Shown: piece by piece, positions 30,592 to 45,246 of the stretch | Numbering within the stretch: position 1 is the stretch's first letter | Layout: each line of letters starts with the position of its first letter | Position numbers and translations under genes: made by a program | Assembly: GCA_963762255.1 (NCBI GenBank) | Contig: CAVXKA010000001.1 | Coordinates: 1,312,001-1,376,000 of the forward strand | DNA: 64,000 nt | Direction: 5' to 3' | From: Candidatus Eiseniibacteriota bacterium | Lineage (GTDB): Bacteria > Eisenbacteria > RBG-16-71-46 > JABDJR01 | Notes under the pieces: generated by a model | The model's input: the letters and a program-made list of their open reading frames with translations, nothing else | What the model was told of the DNA's origin: nothing | The model's database searches: none

Positions 30592-32681
30592 CTACCGGGC
30601 CGCCCCCGCCTCCAGCTCGTCGGCCAGTCCCTTCATGTCGTACACCTTGCGCAGGGCTTCGATGATCCCGGCGGAGTGGACCGCCACGCAGCGGGCCTGG
30701 GCGTCATCGTAGGCGTAGTCCCATCGGAAGGCCTCGATGTTGCCGTCGAAGACTACCCCGACACATTCGCCGTCACGGTTGACCACAGGGCTGCCGGAGT
30801 TGCCGCCGATGATGTCGTCGGTCGTGACGAAGTTGATCGGGGTGGAGAGATCGAGATCGTCGCGATGCGTGATCCAGCTTGGCGGCAGGTCGAAGGGGTC
30901 GCGGCCGTCGAAGCTCGCCGACCGGCCGTAGAGGCTGTATAGCGTCGTCTTCCACGGCACCAGGGTCGTGCCCGATTCGTATCCCGCTACCTTCCCGTAA
31001 CTCAACCGCAAGGTGCCGGTGGCGTCGGGGTAGAGCGAGTCGCCTACCATGTGGAACAGGACGTGCGCGATCCGTCTCCCCTCGGTGGACTCCACGCTCT
31101 CGACACGGTCCTCGGTCCACGTGCGCAGCTCGCGGTACGGGGCGTCGAGCTTCCGCGCCCACTGAATGAGGGGATCCTCAGATGCCTCCACCGCGGCGCG
31201 GCCGCCTTCGATGAGGCTCTTGCGCACCGCCACGTCTGCGAGACGCGTGCCGGTGATCAGATCATGCGCGGCCGCCGCCGCCGTCTTTCCGCTCAGCGCC
31301 GCATTCACGAACGTATCGTCGGGGCCTAGCGCGTCGAGCATACCCTGCAGCGTCACGCCGAGGATGTACTCCTCCATGTCGGAGAAGACCGGCGCCCGCG
31401 AGAAGAGACGAAAGCGCTGGGAGGCGAGCTTGGGCTCGCGGAACTCGGACAGCCGCTCGCCGTCCGGCTTCTCCACTTCCGCGGTGTAGCGCACGATCGT
31501 GTTGGCGATGTCCACGAGGCGGCTCACCCGGCTCAGGTCGCGGTACTGCGATTCGCGGTTGCGCAGGGCCATCGCACTCCGTGCCCCAGCGATACGGTCC
31601 CAGGCGCCGCCGGCCTCTGCATTCCATTCCCGGTCGGCGGCCACGCGCGCACGCACCTCGTTCTCTCTCGCCCGCTTCGCCTCCATGAGCTTGGGGTCGG
31701 CGAGCACGTCGCGGAATCCGAAGAGACGCTTCTGACTGTTTTCCAGACCCTTGATGCGGTCCGCCGCCCGCCGCTCCTCTTCCGGTCCCCGCGCCGCGTA
31801 GTCGTAGTAGGCCTTGAGACGCAGCGTCTGGCGCTCGATGCGGATCGGGATGTCTTGATCGCGGTCGTACTCGATCTGGGCCACGGTCTTGAGACGCGCG
31901 GTGGAGCCGGGATGACCGGCGACGAAGACGGGCTCGCCTTCGTGCGGACCGGTGCGGCTCCAGGGAAGGTAGTCGGTGGAGTGTAGCGGTCCGCCGTTCT
32001 CGTACACGCGGAAGAACGCAGATGTCGAGGTCGTGGCGTGGATACGTGAAGTTGTCGAGATCCCCACCGTAGGCGGCGATGCGCGACTCGGGGGCCATCA
32101 CCAGTCGCACGTCGGTGTAGGTCTTGTACCGGTACACCCAGTACTGGCCTCCTCGGTAGAGTTCGACCACCTCCGACTTGAGCCCGGTCGCGCGGGTGGA
32201 CTCCTCCTCGATCTGCGCGATCGCTGCGCGCCGCTGCGCGCTCTGGATCTCGTTGGCGGCGCGCACGTCAACCGCGGCGACCACGCGAGCAGTCACGTCC
32301 TCCGTCGAAATGAGAACGCGCAGCTCCTGATCGGGGCAGGGGACCTCCTCCGCCCGGGTGCGGGCGTAAGAAACCGTCGCGCACGTAGTTGTTCTCGGGC
32401 GTCGAGAGCTTCTGGAGTTGATCGAAGGCGACGTGGTGGTTGGTGAAGACGAGCCCGTCGGGGGAGACGAACGAGCCGGAGGCCCCGCCGAAGCGCACCG
32501 CGGAATGCTGCAGATGGCGGATCCATTTCGCTGAGGGCGTGAACTGGTAGCGCTCCTCAAGCTGACGAAGCGGGAGCCGATCGAAGGTCCACATGCCCTC
32601 ATCGGCGAACGCAGGCGCTACGCCGAGTAGGACGAGCCAACCGAACACCGACGCCCCGATCCAACCCCGGCCACCCTGCAT
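30592..32681 (-). CDS. S46-family dipeptidyl peptidase (DPP7/DPP11-like; frameshifts ~32370 and ~32020)
   Basis: ADEGMW, SGSFVSPDGLVFTNHHV, DVRLVMAPE, DNFTYPRH, YPDATGTLRLSYG, TDDIIGGNSGSPV, FDGN. Confidence 0.92.
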
Positions 32682-32708
32682 CGAACTCCCCCTCCCCGGC
32701 CGACGCGC

Positions 32709-33941
32709 TCACCGTCTCCGTTGCTTCTTGATCACCATCTGCACGCGCTTGTTGCGCCCGCCGAACTCGGGGCCCTCCACGACGTCCTTCTTCTCCTCCG
32801 GCGGGCGGAAGAGCGAAAGGATGGGCGGAGCCCCGTCCCAGGCCACGCGCGGCAGCCGTCTCCCCACCGTGCCCTCGATGCGCTCCAGCTCCATCATGTC
32901 CGAGGGTGAGACGAAGGTGATCGCGTCGCCCGTAGCGTGGGCGCGGGCGGTGCGGCCGATGCGATGGATGTAATCGTCGGCGCTCGGCGGAATGTCGAAG
33001 TTGATGATGTGGGTCACGCCCTCGATGTCGAGCCCGCGCGCGGCGATGTCGGTGGCGACCAGAATCTTCGCTTCGCCGCTGCGAAACGCACTCAGCGCTT
33101 CTTCGCGCTCGCGCTGCGAACGGTTGCCGTGGATGGCGGCGACGCTGAATCCTTCCTTGCGAAGCGCCTTGGAGAGGCGCTCGGTGCGCTCGCGCGTGCG
33201 GAAGAAGATCAATGCGGACGGGATTGCCAACTCCTTCAGCACGCGGAACAGGAGCGAGATCTTGTCCTCGGGCTTCACCGGGTAGAGGAGTTGGCGGACG
33301 GTCTCCACCGGCTTCGAGATGAAGCCGACCGTCACGCGCTCGGGCTCGTGCATCATCGTGCCGGCGAGGTAGGCGATTTCGTCGGGGAAGGTGGCCGAGA
33401 ACATCAAGGTTTGCCGCTCGCGGCGCAGGTGGCGGACGATGCGCTTGATGTCGGGGAGGAAGCCCATGTCGAGCATGCGATCCGCCTCGTCCATCACGAG
33501 GATGGCCAGGTCGTCGAACTTCACGTTCGTGCGGGCCATCTGGTCGAGAAGCCGGCCGGGAGTGGCCACGACGACGTGGCGCCCTTCCTTGAGCTCGACC
33601 CGCTGCTTGTCGATGCTCACCCCGCCGTACACGGGGACCGATTTGATCCCGAGAGGCTTCCCGAACTCCTCGACCACCTCGTGGACCTGCACGGCGAGCT
33701 CCCGTGTGGGCACGAGCACCAGCATCTGGTTCTTACGAACCCGCCCTGCGGCGAGGCGCGTGATGCTGGGGAGCACGTAGGCCAGGGTCTTGCCGGTGCC
33801 GGTCTGGGCGAGACCGATGAGATCCCGTCCTTCCAGCGCGATGGGGATCGCGCGTTCCTGGATGGGGGTCGGCTCCGAGATGTTGCGTTTCGCGAGGACC
33901 TGGAGGCAGCGGGGGTCCAGCCCATATGTTTCGAATGTCAT
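32709..33941 (-). CDS. DEAD/DEAH-box RNA helicase (RhlE-like)
   Basis: AQTGTGKT, PTRELA, TPGRL, DEAD, SAT, ARGLD, HRIGRTAR. Confidence 0.95.
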   Translation of the reverse strand: MTFETYGLDPRCLQVLAKRNISEPTPIQERAIPIALEGRDLIGLAQTGTGKTLAYVLPSITRLAAGRVRKNQMLVLVPTRELAVQVHEVVEEFGKPLGIKSVPVYGGVSIDKQRVELKEGRHVVVATPGRLLDQMARTNVKFDDLAILVMDEADRMLDMGFLPDIKRIVRHLRRERQTLMFSATFPDEIAYLAGTMMHEPERVTVGFISKPVETVRQLLYPVKPEDKISLLFRVLKELAIPSALIFFRTRERTERLSKALRKEGFSVAAIHGNRSQREREEALSAFRSGEAKILVATDIAARGLDIEGVTHIINFDIPPSADDYIHRIGRTARAHATGDAITFVSPSDMMELERIEGTVGRRLPRVAWDGAPPILSLFRPPEEKKDVVEGPEFGGRNKRVQMVIKKQRRR

Positions 33942-34066
33942 AGAACCCGGCAGTTTACGCGCTTCGCGAGCCGGACACAATGCGCCTCCTTACCGCGCTT
34001 CCCGGGGTTCGGTATGCGCCGCGGCGGCGCTTCCCTTGCGACCCCGCGCCCGCCATAATCCCGCCC

Positions 34067-34990
34067 ATGGCCGCCGAATCCAAGACCGCCATCATCGCCG
34101 CCATTCTCGGCAATCTCGCCATCGCGATCACGAAGTTCGTGGCCGCGGCGGTCAGCGGAAGCTCGGCCATGCTTTCCGAGGGAATCCACTCGCTCGTGGA
34201 CACGGGCAACGGGGCGCTCCTGCTCCTCGGACTGCGCATGGCCCGACGTGCGCCCGACCGACTGCACCCGTTCGGCTACGGCAAGGAGCTCTACTTCTGG
34301 AGCTTCATCGTGGCCATCATGGTCTTCGCGCTGGGCGGCGGCATGTCCATCTACGAGGGGATCAAGCACCTCGCGCACCCCAAGGAACTCACGAACCCCA
34401 CGATCAACTACATCGTGCTCGGCGCGGCCATCGTCTTCGAGGGGATCTCGTGGAGCATCGCCTACCGCGTGTTCCTCCGCGAGAAGGGGACGAAGCGGAC
34501 CTGGTCGGTGGTGCACGATACCAAGGACCCCACGACAGTCGTCGTGCTCTTCGAGGACACGGCGGCGTTGCTCGGTCTCGCGGTGGCGTTCCTCGGCGTG
34601 TTCTTCGGCCACATGCTGCACAACCCGTACCTGGACCCGGCGGCGTCGGTGGTGATCGGACTCATCCTGGCCGGCGTCGCGCTGCTGCTTGCGATCGAGA
34701 GCAAGGGGTTGCTCGTGGGCGAGAGCGCGGACCCGGATGTCCAGCGCAGCATCCAGGAGATCGCTCAGCGCCACCCGGCGGTGGAGTTGGCGCGCGAGCC
34801 GATGACCTTGCACATGGGACCCGACGACATTCTCCTCAACCTGAGCGTGCGTTTCCGGCGCGAGCTGGATGCCGAGGGCGTGGAGCGGGCGATCGACGAG
34901 ATCGAGGCGGCGGTGCGGGCGAAGCATCCGGGCATCCATCGCATCTTCATCGAGGCGAACGCGGTGGCGGGAAGGCGGGAGTCGCCGTAG
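34067..34990 (+). CDS. Cation diffusion facilitator (CDF) transporter
   Basis: SAMLSEGIHSLVD, HPFGYGKE, FEDTAA, six TM segments and a C-terminal dimerisation domain. Confidence 0.92.
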   Translation: MAAESKTAIIAAILGNLAIAITKFVAAAVSGSSAMLSEGIHSLVDTGNGALLLLGLRMARRAPDRLHPFGYGKELYFWSFIVAIMVFALGGGMSIYEGIKHLAHPKELTNPTINYIVLGAAIVFEGISWSIAYRVFLREKGTKRTWSVVHDTKDPTTVVVLFEDTAALLGLAVAFLGVFFGHMLHNPYLDPAASVVIGLILAGVALLLAIESKGLLVGESADPDVQRSIQEIAQRHPAVELAREPMTLHMGPDDILLNLSVRFRRELDAEGVERAIDEIEAAVRAKHPGIHRIFIEANAVAGRRESP

Positions 34991-35129
34991 CCCCGGACGG
35001 AATGAAGGGCCTTGGATTGCCCCCACGTTCCGGGGTAGACTTTTCGCAGGGACATTCAGCACGTCCCTCTGTTGCCAAGCCATTGTGACCCCTTAGCGGC
35101 AATTACCCGTACCCGAGCCGGATGAAACC

Positions 35130-35405
35130 ATGGCAATCACGGTCCACGTCCCGGGAGCGTTGCGTTCCTACTGCGGAGGAGTCTCGCGCATCACGCTGTC
35201 TGCTCCCACCGTCCGCGCCGCCCTGGAGCAGATCGAGACGAGTCATCCCTCGCTCCACCGCAACATCTGCGATGAGACGGGCGCGGTGCGCCGACATATC
35301 AACCTGTTCGTGAACACCACCCACATCCGCGACCTCGCGGGGCTCGACACCGTCCTCTCCCCGGGGGACGAGGTCCTCGTCGTGCCCGCGGTCTCAGGAG
35401 GTTGA
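35130..35405 (+). CDS. MoaD/ThiS ubiquitin-like sulfur-carrier family protein
   Basis: 91 aa; INLFVN; C-terminal PAVSGG. Confidence 0.9.
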   Translation: MAITVHVPGALRSYCGGVSRITLSAPTVRAALEQIETSHPSLHRNICDETGAVRRHINLFVNTTHIRDLAGLDTVLSPGDEVLVVPAVSGG

Positions 35406-35407
35406 GC

Positions 35408-36520
35408 ATGGCCGATCGAGTGATCCTCTCCATTGGAACCAAGAAGGGGCTTTTCATCGCGGAGGGGGCCAAGCCCCGTCGCAAGTTCACCCTCCGAGGG
35501 CCGTTCGGCGCCGGTGTTCCCGTGTACTCGACCTTGATCGACGCCCGCAGCAAGCCGAAGATCTACTCCTCGAGCTGCAACCCGTTCTTCGGGATGAAGG
35601 TCCTGCGCTCGACCGATCTCGGCAAGACCTTCAAAGAGACGAAGTCGGCCCCCGCCTTCTCCAAGGACGACGGTCGCGCCCTCGCCAACATCTGGGCGCT
35701 GGAACCGGGACCGGAAAAGCAGGAGGTGTGGGCGGGGGTCGAGCCCGCTTCGCTCTTCCGGAGCGGCGACGGGGGCGACACGTGGGAGATGGTCGACGGC
35801 ATCAGCAATCACGCGCACGCCCGGAAGTGGCAGCCGGGGGCCGGCGGGCTCTGCCTGCACACGATCCTGCGCGACGGGGACCGTGTGCACCTCGGGATCT
35901 CGACGGGCGGCCACTACCTGAGCGAGGACCGCGGGGAGACATTCGAGGCGTCCAACCGGGGAGTGGGGGCGGGCTTCTCCCCCGATCCGTATCCCGAGTT
36001 CGGCCAGTGCGTGCACAAGATCGCGGGGCACAAGGACGCCCCCGGCCGGTTCTACATGCAGAACCACGGCGGCTGGGCGGAGTGGGACGGGCCGGGCGGC
36101 CGCCGGCCCGACATCGGCGTGCTGCGCAGCGACGATCACGGGAAGTCGTGGCGCTCCATCGCCAAGGGGCTACCCTCCGATTTCGGCTTTCCCATCGTGG
36201 TCCACCCGCACGACCCGGATACCCTCTACGTGGTTCCGCTCGAGCCGATGACCCGTACCTGTCCCGGAGCCAGCCCTGCGGTCTGGCGAAGCGAGAACGG
36301 CGGAGATTCCTGGCGCAAGCTGGCGAAGGGGCTGCCGAAGAAGGAGAGCTTCTTCACCGTCCTGCGCGACGGGATGGACGTGGACGAGCTGCCGACGCCC
36401 GCGCTCTACGTAGGTACCACAACCGGGCAGCTCTGGATGGGGCGGGACGGCGGCGAGGAGTGGGCCTGTCTCTTCGACTCCCTTCCGCCGATCAACTGTG
36501 TCAAGGTGGCGGTGGTGTAG
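35408..36520 (+). CDS. BNR/Asp-box beta-propeller protein (exo-alpha-sialidase-like)
   Basis: IGTKKGLF start; repeated SxDxGxTW Asp-boxes; CLHTI, CVHKI, QNHGG, SDFGFPI. Confidence 0.88.
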   Translation: MADRVILSIGTKKGLFIAEGAKPRRKFTLRGPFGAGVPVYSTLIDARSKPKIYSSSCNPFFGMKVLRSTDLGKTFKETKSAPAFSKDDGRALANIWALEPGPEKQEVWAGVEPASLFRSGDGGDTWEMVDGISNHAHARKWQPGAGGLCLHTILRDGDRVHLGISTGGHYLSEDRGETFEASNRGVGAGFSPDPYPEFGQCVHKIAGHKDAPGRFYMQNHGGWAEWDGPGGRRPDIGVLRSDDHGKSWRSIAKGLPSDFGFPIVVHPHDPDTLYVVPLEPMTRTCPGASPAVWRSENGGDSWRKLAKGLPKKESFFTVLRDGMDVDELPTPALYVGTTTGQLWMGRDGGEEWACLFDSLPPINCVKVAVV

Positions 36521-36612
36521 CCGGGGGGGACGTGATCGTGGTGCCTCCCGCTCAGACGGAGAAGGTCGTGCGGGACGCCGCCGAGGCCGCTCGGAAAGTT
36601 GCCGCGTAGGGA

Positions 36613-38292
<1,680 letters not shown>

Positions 38293-38350
38293 CGATTGCC
38301 TCACAATGTGAAAGAGAGCGGAGAATAATAGCGAAGAAGCGCCCGAAACG

Positions 38351-39349
38351 CTAATCGATCCAGGGCGAGGTGGGCGGCGTGAAGAGGAAGCCGAGCGCGA
38401 CTCCGGCGCCGACGCCGGCCAGCTCGTAGGCCCACGCGCGGCCTCGGCGGGCGTCCGCCGTCGGCGGACCCGCGTGCAGGAGCGTCACCGCGAGCCCCGC
38501 GCCGGCCCCGATCGCGGCGCCGGCGGCTACGTCGGTGGGGAAGTGGGCTTGCGCGTCGACACGCAAGAGCGAAGTCACGGTGGCCAAACCCCCGGCGAGC
38601 GCTCCGTTGAGGAAGTGAACGCGGGGAGGAAGATCCGGCCGGCGCGCGGCAAGGACACCCACCGCGGTCATGGACGACGCCCATGCGATCGCCGTGTGGC
38701 CGGAAGGAAACGATGCGAACGCGTCTCCGGCGGCGGTGTCATAGAAAGAGTCATGCGGCAGGTCGCCCCGCGCAGCGTAGGTGAAGGGCCTTGGCCGCGA
38801 CGTCAGATCCTTGAGAACCAGCGTGATCCCCGTGGCAACGAGTACGGCCTCGGCCTGAGCGCGCAGGGTGATCTCTTCGGCAAGCACGAGACGATCGGGG
38901 CCGCGCGTTGATGCCGTCATCGCGGCGGGGTAGAGCACCGCGCCGGCCCGGAAGAGACCGCTAACGGTGTCCGCACCGCGAGAGGGCCGGCCGAGGGCGC
39001 GCCGGTCGAGTCCCCAGTGGATATCCCGGCGCGACAGTCCTTCGTCCGGCACTGCCCGCATGTCGGGAGAGAGAAGGAGTCCGGCGACGGTGAGCGCTCC
39101 GCCCGCCCCGGTCACGACCGCGTCGCGGGCGGAGAGCCGTAGCCGTGAGTCCCGGGCCGGCGTCGCGGGTGCGTTGGCCGGCAGCAAGTCCTCGACGGGG
39201 GCGGGCGCAGGATCCTCGGCGGCCTGGACCCGGTCCGAGCATGTCCCAAGGATGAGAGCGACGGCCAGCGTGTATCTGAGAGCGATGCGTTGTCGGCACC
39301 CCGTGGGGCGTTGTCGGAAAGGCCTCAAGGCTTGCCTCCTGGAAGTCAA
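38351..39349 (-). CDS. PAP2 (phosphatidic acid phosphatase) family membrane protein
   Basis: K..TSRPRP, SFPSGH and RV...HFPTDV motifs. Start codon uncertain. Confidence 0.85.
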   Translation of the reverse strand: MTSRRQALRPFRQRPTGCRQRIALRYTLAVALILGTCSDRVQAAEDPAPAPVEDLLPANAPATPARDSRLRLSARDAVVTGAGGALTVAGLLLSPDMRAVPDEGLSRRDIHWGLDRRALGRPSRGADTVSGLFRAGAVLYPAAMTASTRGPDRLVLAEEITLRAQAEAVLVATGITLVLKDLTSRPRPFTYAARGDLPHDSFYDTAAGDAFASFPSGHTAIAWASSMTAVGVLAARRPDLPPRVHFLNGALAGGLATVTSLLRVDAQAHFPTDVAAGAAIGAGAGLAVTLLHAGPPTADARRGRAWAYELAGVGAGVALGFLFTPPTSPWID

Positions 39350-39452
39350 CCGAGAGGCCTATGATATCCGACGACGAGACGACCCGCGCCCGGACATTCC
39401 GATCCGGGCCCCGGCGCAGTCGATTGAATGTCCACGAAGGAGGACTTGAATC

Positions 39453-40184
39453 ATGTTCCGCCGACTGATTCTCTTGAGTGCGTTCAGCGTCCTGGCCGCG
39501 GTTCTGCTCACGTGTCCGCGTACATTTGCTCAGTCCCCAAAGGAGATCGAGAGCGAGCAGGAGTTCAAGCCCGAGCTGCAGCAGTTCCCCGATGACCCCG
39601 GCGCCGGATTCGTGGTGGTGGATGAGGGCCTGTGGCAGGCGCTCTCCGAGCAGCCACAACAGGAGTTCGAGGGAGCAATCCAGTCGTTGGCCAAGGGCGA
39701 CACCAAGGGAGCGGCCAACAACATCCGCAAGGCGGCGGCGTTCACACGGCTTGCCGGAGGACATAGCCTTCCCGCCACGCAACGGCTCCTCTATGACCAG
39801 CTCAAGGATCTCATGAACCTCGCTGGCGCCGTGCAGTCCGGCACGGCGACGACCCGCGACCAGCTTGCCCCGACGTTCGCCCGCACCTTGGAGGCTCTGG
39901 CCGAACATCACGCGGCGCGCGCGGAAAAGTTCTGGGCGTCGGGCAAGGGCCAGCCGACGGGGAAGAACCTGGCCGCTGCTGTTCAAGACTTTCGCTGGGC
40001 ACAGGCATGGGGTAGCGTACCCTCCACCGCCAGCCGTGACGCCTTGTTGAGCGATGCGGAGACGGTCGGCTTTCAGCTCGACCAGAAGAAGAGCCTCGAA
40101 GGGCCTGACGTCACATCCAAGATCGTCCACCTCGTCACCGAGCTTGAAATGTACCGCGCGGAGCTGAGCCCTCCCGCCAAGTAG
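39453..40184 (+). CDS. Secreted alpha-helical hypothetical protein (YfdX-like)
   Basis: AGGAGG RBS; signal peptide; Ala-rich helical repeats (AANNIRKAAAF, GKNLAAAV). Confidence 0.6.
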   Translation: MFRRLILLSAFSVLAAVLLTCPRTFAQSPKEIESEQEFKPELQQFPDDPGAGFVVVDEGLWQALSEQPQQEFEGAIQSLAKGDTKGAANNIRKAAAFTRLAGGHSLPATQRLLYDQLKDLMNLAGAVQSGTATTRDQLAPTFARTLEALAEHHAARAEKFWASGKGQPTGKNLAAAVQDFRWAQAWGSVPSTASRDALLSDAETVGFQLDQKKSLEGPDVTSKIVHLVTELEMYRAELSPPAK

Positions 40185-40211
40185 AATTGCCCGCGAAGGG
40201 AGGAATTCGAA

Positions 40212-41585
<1,374 letters not shown>

Positions 41586-41604
41586 GCCCTCCTGAAGAAT
41601 CCCC

Positions 41605-41645
41605 TTGCCTCCGCGCAACATCAAAATGATATCATTCGTATATCA
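41605..41645 (+). promoter_or_regulatory. Promoter/operator of the SPFH-RHH operon with the palindrome AATGATATCATT
   Basis: Perfect 12-bp palindrome at 41625-41636 flanked by further ATCA half-sites, with a TTGCCT -35-like hexamer at 41605; an AT-rich patch in GC-rich DNA. Confidence 0.6.
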
Positions 41646-41690
41646 GCGGCAATGGCGGGGGAAGGTCCTCGCCCTCACAGGAGGAAGTCG

Positions 41691-42551
41691 ATGATTCAGG
41701 AACGCGAAGGCAACCAGATCCCAGGCTACGGTCCGCTCTTCCTGGGGCTCGCGGTCATGGCGGGCTCCATCTTCATGTTCATCCAGGCGGTGGACGCGGG
41801 GCTCTTCCCGATCCTCGGAGCGATTCTCGTGTTCGTGATCGCGTTCATTTTTCTGACCGGGCTCTTCGTGGTGAACCCCAACGAAGCGAAGGTGCTTCAG
41901 ATCTTCGGCGACTATGCCGGCACCGCGAACAAGGCCGGGTTGCGATGGGCGAACCCGTTCTATACGAAGCGCAAGGTCTCGGTGCGCGTCCGCAACTTCG
42001 AGACCGGCAAGCTCAAGGTGAACGACAACGCCGCCAACCCGATCGAGATCGGTTGCGTGGTGGTGTGGCGGGTGATGGACACCGCCGAGGCGCTCTTCAA
42101 CGTGAACGACTTCGAGGATTTCGTGCACGTGCAGAGCGAGGCCGCGCTGCGCAACCTCGCTACCGGATATCCCTACGTGTCCCATGAGGGCGAGATGTCG
42201 CTCTCGGGGAACACCGCCGAGGTCTCGGTGCGGCTGCGCGAAGAGATCCACGAGCGGCTGGCCAAGGCCGGGGTGGAGGTGCTCGAGGCGCGCATCAGCC
42301 ACCTGGCCTATGCGCAGGAGATCGCCGCGGCCATGCTGCAGCGGCAGCAGGCGGCGGCGGTGGTGGCGGCACGGCAGAAGATCGTCGAGGGCGCGGTGGG
42401 TATGGTGGAGACCGCGCTGGAGATGCTCTCGCAGAAGAACGTGATCCATCTCGACGAGGAGCGCAAGGCGGTCATGGTCTCGAACCTGTTGGTCGTGCTC
42501 TGCAGCGACCGTCACACGCAACCCGTGGTGAACACGGGGAGCTTGTACTAG
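41691..42551 (+). CDS. SPFH/Band 7 domain membrane protein
   Basis: Two TM segments; [47 protein letters not shown]. Confidence 0.92.
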   Translation: MIQEREGNQIPGYGPLFLGLAVMAGSIFMFIQAVDAGLFPILGAILVFVIAFIFLTGLFVVNPNEAKVLQIFGDYAGTANKAGLRWANPFYTKRKVSVRVRNFETGKLKVNDNAANPIEIGCVVVWRVMDTAEALFNVNDFEDFVHVQSEAALRNLATGYPYVSHEGEMSLSGNTAEVSVRLREEIHERLAKAGVEVLEARISHLAYAQEIAAAMLQRQQAAAVVAARQKIVEGAVGMVETALEMLSQKNVIHLDEERKAVMVSNLLVVLCSDRHTQPVVNTGSLY

Positions 42552-42560
42552 AAGGCGATC

Positions 42561-42785
42561 GTGTCCGAGCGCAAGAACTTCCCGCTCCGCATCGATCCCG
42601 AGCTCTACGCGGCGCTACGCCGCTGGGCCGATGACGAGCTGCGAAGCGTCAACGCGCAGATCGAGTTCCTTCTTACCCGCTCGCTGCGGGAAGCGGGGCG
42701 AGCGCCTCGCACGCACGATTCCCGCAGCGCACCGGGGAAGGAGCCGGAGACGCCCGGTCGGGGCGGCCCGTCCGTGGCGGGCTAG
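42561..42785 (+). CDS. Ribbon-helix-helix (Arc-like) DNA-binding protein
   Basis: [10 protein letters not shown]...[17 protein letters not shown]. Confidence 0.88.
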   Translation: MSERKNFPLRIDPELYAALRRWADDELRSVNAQIEFLLTRSLREAGRAPRTHDSRSAPGKEPETPGRGGPSVAG

Positions 42786-42874
42786 AACGACCTGGTGACG
42801 ATGGGGAGCGCAGCCTCGCCCCGCTTGCCGACAATGCTCTATCATCGTGCCTCATCCCGCGAAAGGGGCATGGC

Positions 42875-45118
42875 ATGAGCACGGTGAGCACCCAGACCTC
42901 CGCAGCACCCATCCTGCAACGGCTTCCGGGGGACGCGGTCCGCCGGATCATGTGGCGGTACACCGACCGGCCGGACCTGGAGCAGTTGGTGCGCTCGGCG
43001 CGCGAGGTGGCTCGCGGCCCGGTGGCACGGCTCGTCGCCGAGGGCGGCCGGCACTCGAACGCATGGGACGAGAAGAAGGCCGCGCTCCTCACAGCGTTCG
43101 ACGCAGCTGGGATCACGTCGATCTCCATCGATCCCCCGAACGGAGGACGCTTCGACGGCCTCAGGAATCTTGCGCTGGGGCTGGCCGCGTTCGAGCTGGC
43201 GTGGGTGGACGGCGGCGCCGCCACCACGTGTCTGGCCGGGCATCTCGCGCTGGCGCCGCTTCAGGAGAAAGGAACGCCCGAGCAGGTCGCGACCACCATG
43301 GCCCGGTGCGCGCCGCCGCTGCCGGGTGAGAAGCGCGTTCCCTGGCGCGGTGCGTTCTGCCTCACCGAGCCGCTCCCGTACGTCGGCGTCGACACCGGCA
43401 TCCTCTCTGGCAAGGTGAAGGTGGCGCGTTGGGAAAAGGGCGAGGAGCCGGTGCTGCACGTGGAGAAACGCGGCCGCTTCATCACCAACATGGATTTTGC
43501 CAACTTCGTCGTGGCGGCGGTGGAATCCGCGGACCCGCGGCTCTCCGGAAGCTGCATGGTGCTGCTGGAGGAAGGTGATCCCGGTGTCTTCGATCGCGGC
43601 GCGCCCACCCGCAAGCTCGTGCACCAACTCTCCTCCAACCGCGATCCGGTGTTCAGCCTGGACGTGCCGGCGAGCCGCATCGTGGGAGGATACGCGATCG
43701 AGAGCGGCACGATCGTTCCGCGCTACAACCACCGCGAGGTCATCGAGTCCGTGTTCCGGCGGACGCGGGTCACGGTCGGGCTCTTGACCGCGTCGAAGCT
43801 CCTCTCCTCCGTCGAGCCGTTGATCCGCTACCAGCGCGAGCGCTTCCGCGGCGGAGAGCGCGGCGCGCCGGGTTCGCCGAGGCAGGATCTGGGCTTGCAG
43901 ACCAAGGAAGACGTGCTGCACCGGCTCGTCGACGTGTGGGCGACGGGTGAGGCGAGCGCCTCGGTGGGCTTTGCCGCGGCGCGCTTCTTCGATGGATTCG
44001 ACGACATGGAGCAGCGCCGCGAGGAGATCTTTGCCGAGGCCGGACTGAAGCCCGACCGCGCGCGCCCGCGCGATCTTGCTCCCCATCGCAAGCTCGCCGT
44101 GGAGTACGTGCGGCAGGCGGGACGCGGGCAGCGCGAGCGCAACCAGGCCCGATTCGACGAGCTGGATCGCAATCGACTCGTGCGTTTTCTGGTAGAGGAC
44201 GCGCTCGCCGAGGTGATCTGCCCGGCGGTGAAGCTCTGGAACACCGGGCAGGGGACGAACATGATGCGCGAGGCGGTGGGCCTCATCGGCGGCTACGGCA
44301 TCACCGAGGATTGCCCCGGGTTTCTCGGCCAGAAGTGGATGGACGCGCAGTTCGAGGCGACCTACGAGGGGCCCGAAGCGGTGCAGCGGCGGTTGCTCGC
44401 CGCGGCCATGACCAACCCCGTTTTCCTCGCGATACTGGACAACTGGATCGACGAGATGCGCTCTATTGGTGCGCGCCGTCCCGGCACCGGCGCCTGCACG
44501 CTGGCCACGGCCATGGAACTCTGGCGCTGGTCGTTGCGCTATCTGCTGCGCGCGCGCGATGCCGAGGGGAAGCCCCTCTATCGCGGGGAACGTCAAGGCG
44601 TCACCTTTCCCATGGCCGACGCGCTGGCGTGGCTCCTCGCTTCGCGGTCGCAGATCCTCGATCTGCTCGAGTTGGAAGAGAAGGGCGCGGACGACGCGGA
44701 GCTGGCCGGTGAGTACGCCGGTCTCGTCGCGTTCACCACCGATCTCTGTCACGTGCAAGCGGCGCGGGCGGCGGGGGAGACTTCGCGGCTCTGCACCGAA
44801 CTCGTGTTCGGATACAACCGGCATCCAGCCTGGGATTGCGAAGGAGCTGGATGCTACCGCGCGGAGGAAGTGGAGGCGCTCGAAGGGGTCATGCCCGGGT
44901 TCGCGGCGTACGCACCGGAGATGGCCGACGTCATCGCCGTCGACGGATCGCATGCGATGAAGGCCGGGCCGTGCGTGAAGTTCCGCGGTATGGAGGCGTT
45001 CACGCGATTGCGCGGGAAACTCGATGGGTGCCTCACCGGCGCGCGGCTGGCCAAGGACCGCGCGGCGCACGCGCTGACCGAGGTCGCGATTCCGGAAGCG
45101 TTGGACTACCCGGCCTGA
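42875..45118 (+). CDS. Long acyl-CoA dehydrogenase family protein
   Basis: [33 protein letters not shown]; 747 aa with a C-terminal extension. Confidence 0.85.
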   Translation: MSTVSTQTSAAPILQRLPGDAVRRIMWRYTDRPDLEQLVRSAREVARGPVARLVAEGGRHSNAWDEKKAALLTAFDAAGITSISIDPPNGGRFDGLRNLALGLAAFELAWVDGGAATTCLAGHLALAPLQEKGTPEQVATTMARCAPPLPGEKRVPWRGAFCLTEPLPYVGVDTGILSGKVKVARWEKGEEPVLHVEKRGRFITNMDFANFVVAAVESADPRLSGSCMVLLEEGDPGVFDRGAPTRKLVHQLSSNRDPVFSLDVPASRIVGGYAIESGTIVPRYNHREVIESVFRRTRVTVGLLTASKLLSSVEPLIRYQRERFRGGERGAPGSPRQDLGLQTKEDVLHRLVDVWATGEASASVGFAAARFFDGFDDMEQRREEIFAEAGLKPDRARPRDLAPHRKLAVEYVRQAGRGQRERNQARFDELDRNRLVRFLVEDALAEVICPAVKLWNTGQGTNMMREAVGLIGGYGITEDCPGFLGQKWMDAQFEATYEGPEAVQRRLLAAAMTNPVFLAILDNWIDEMRSIGARRPGTGACTLATAMELWRWSLRYLLRARDAEGKPLYRGERQGVTFPMADALAWLLASRSQILDLLELEEKGADDAELAGEYAGLVAFTTDLCHVQAARAAGETSRLCTELVFGYNRHPAWDCEGAGCYRAEEVEALEGVMPGFAAYAPEMADVIAVDGSHAMKAGPCVKFRGMEAFTRLRGKLDGCLTGARLAKDRAAHALTEVAIPEALDYPA

Positions 45119-45246
45119 GCCGCGGGCGGCTGGCGGCTCCATCGCGCCGGAGCGCGCCTTCGGCCCCGGACGGGTCCCGGCCGTACCTGCTAAAGTACTC
45201 GGCCGCGGGAAAGCGCCTCCCGCGCATTGGAAAGGAGACCACGCGC

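Noticed and set aside
44836-45246. N-terminal extension of fbaB in the ORF track
   Set aside because: It overlaps the acyl-CoA dehydrogenase. An AAGGAG RBS supports the start at 45247.
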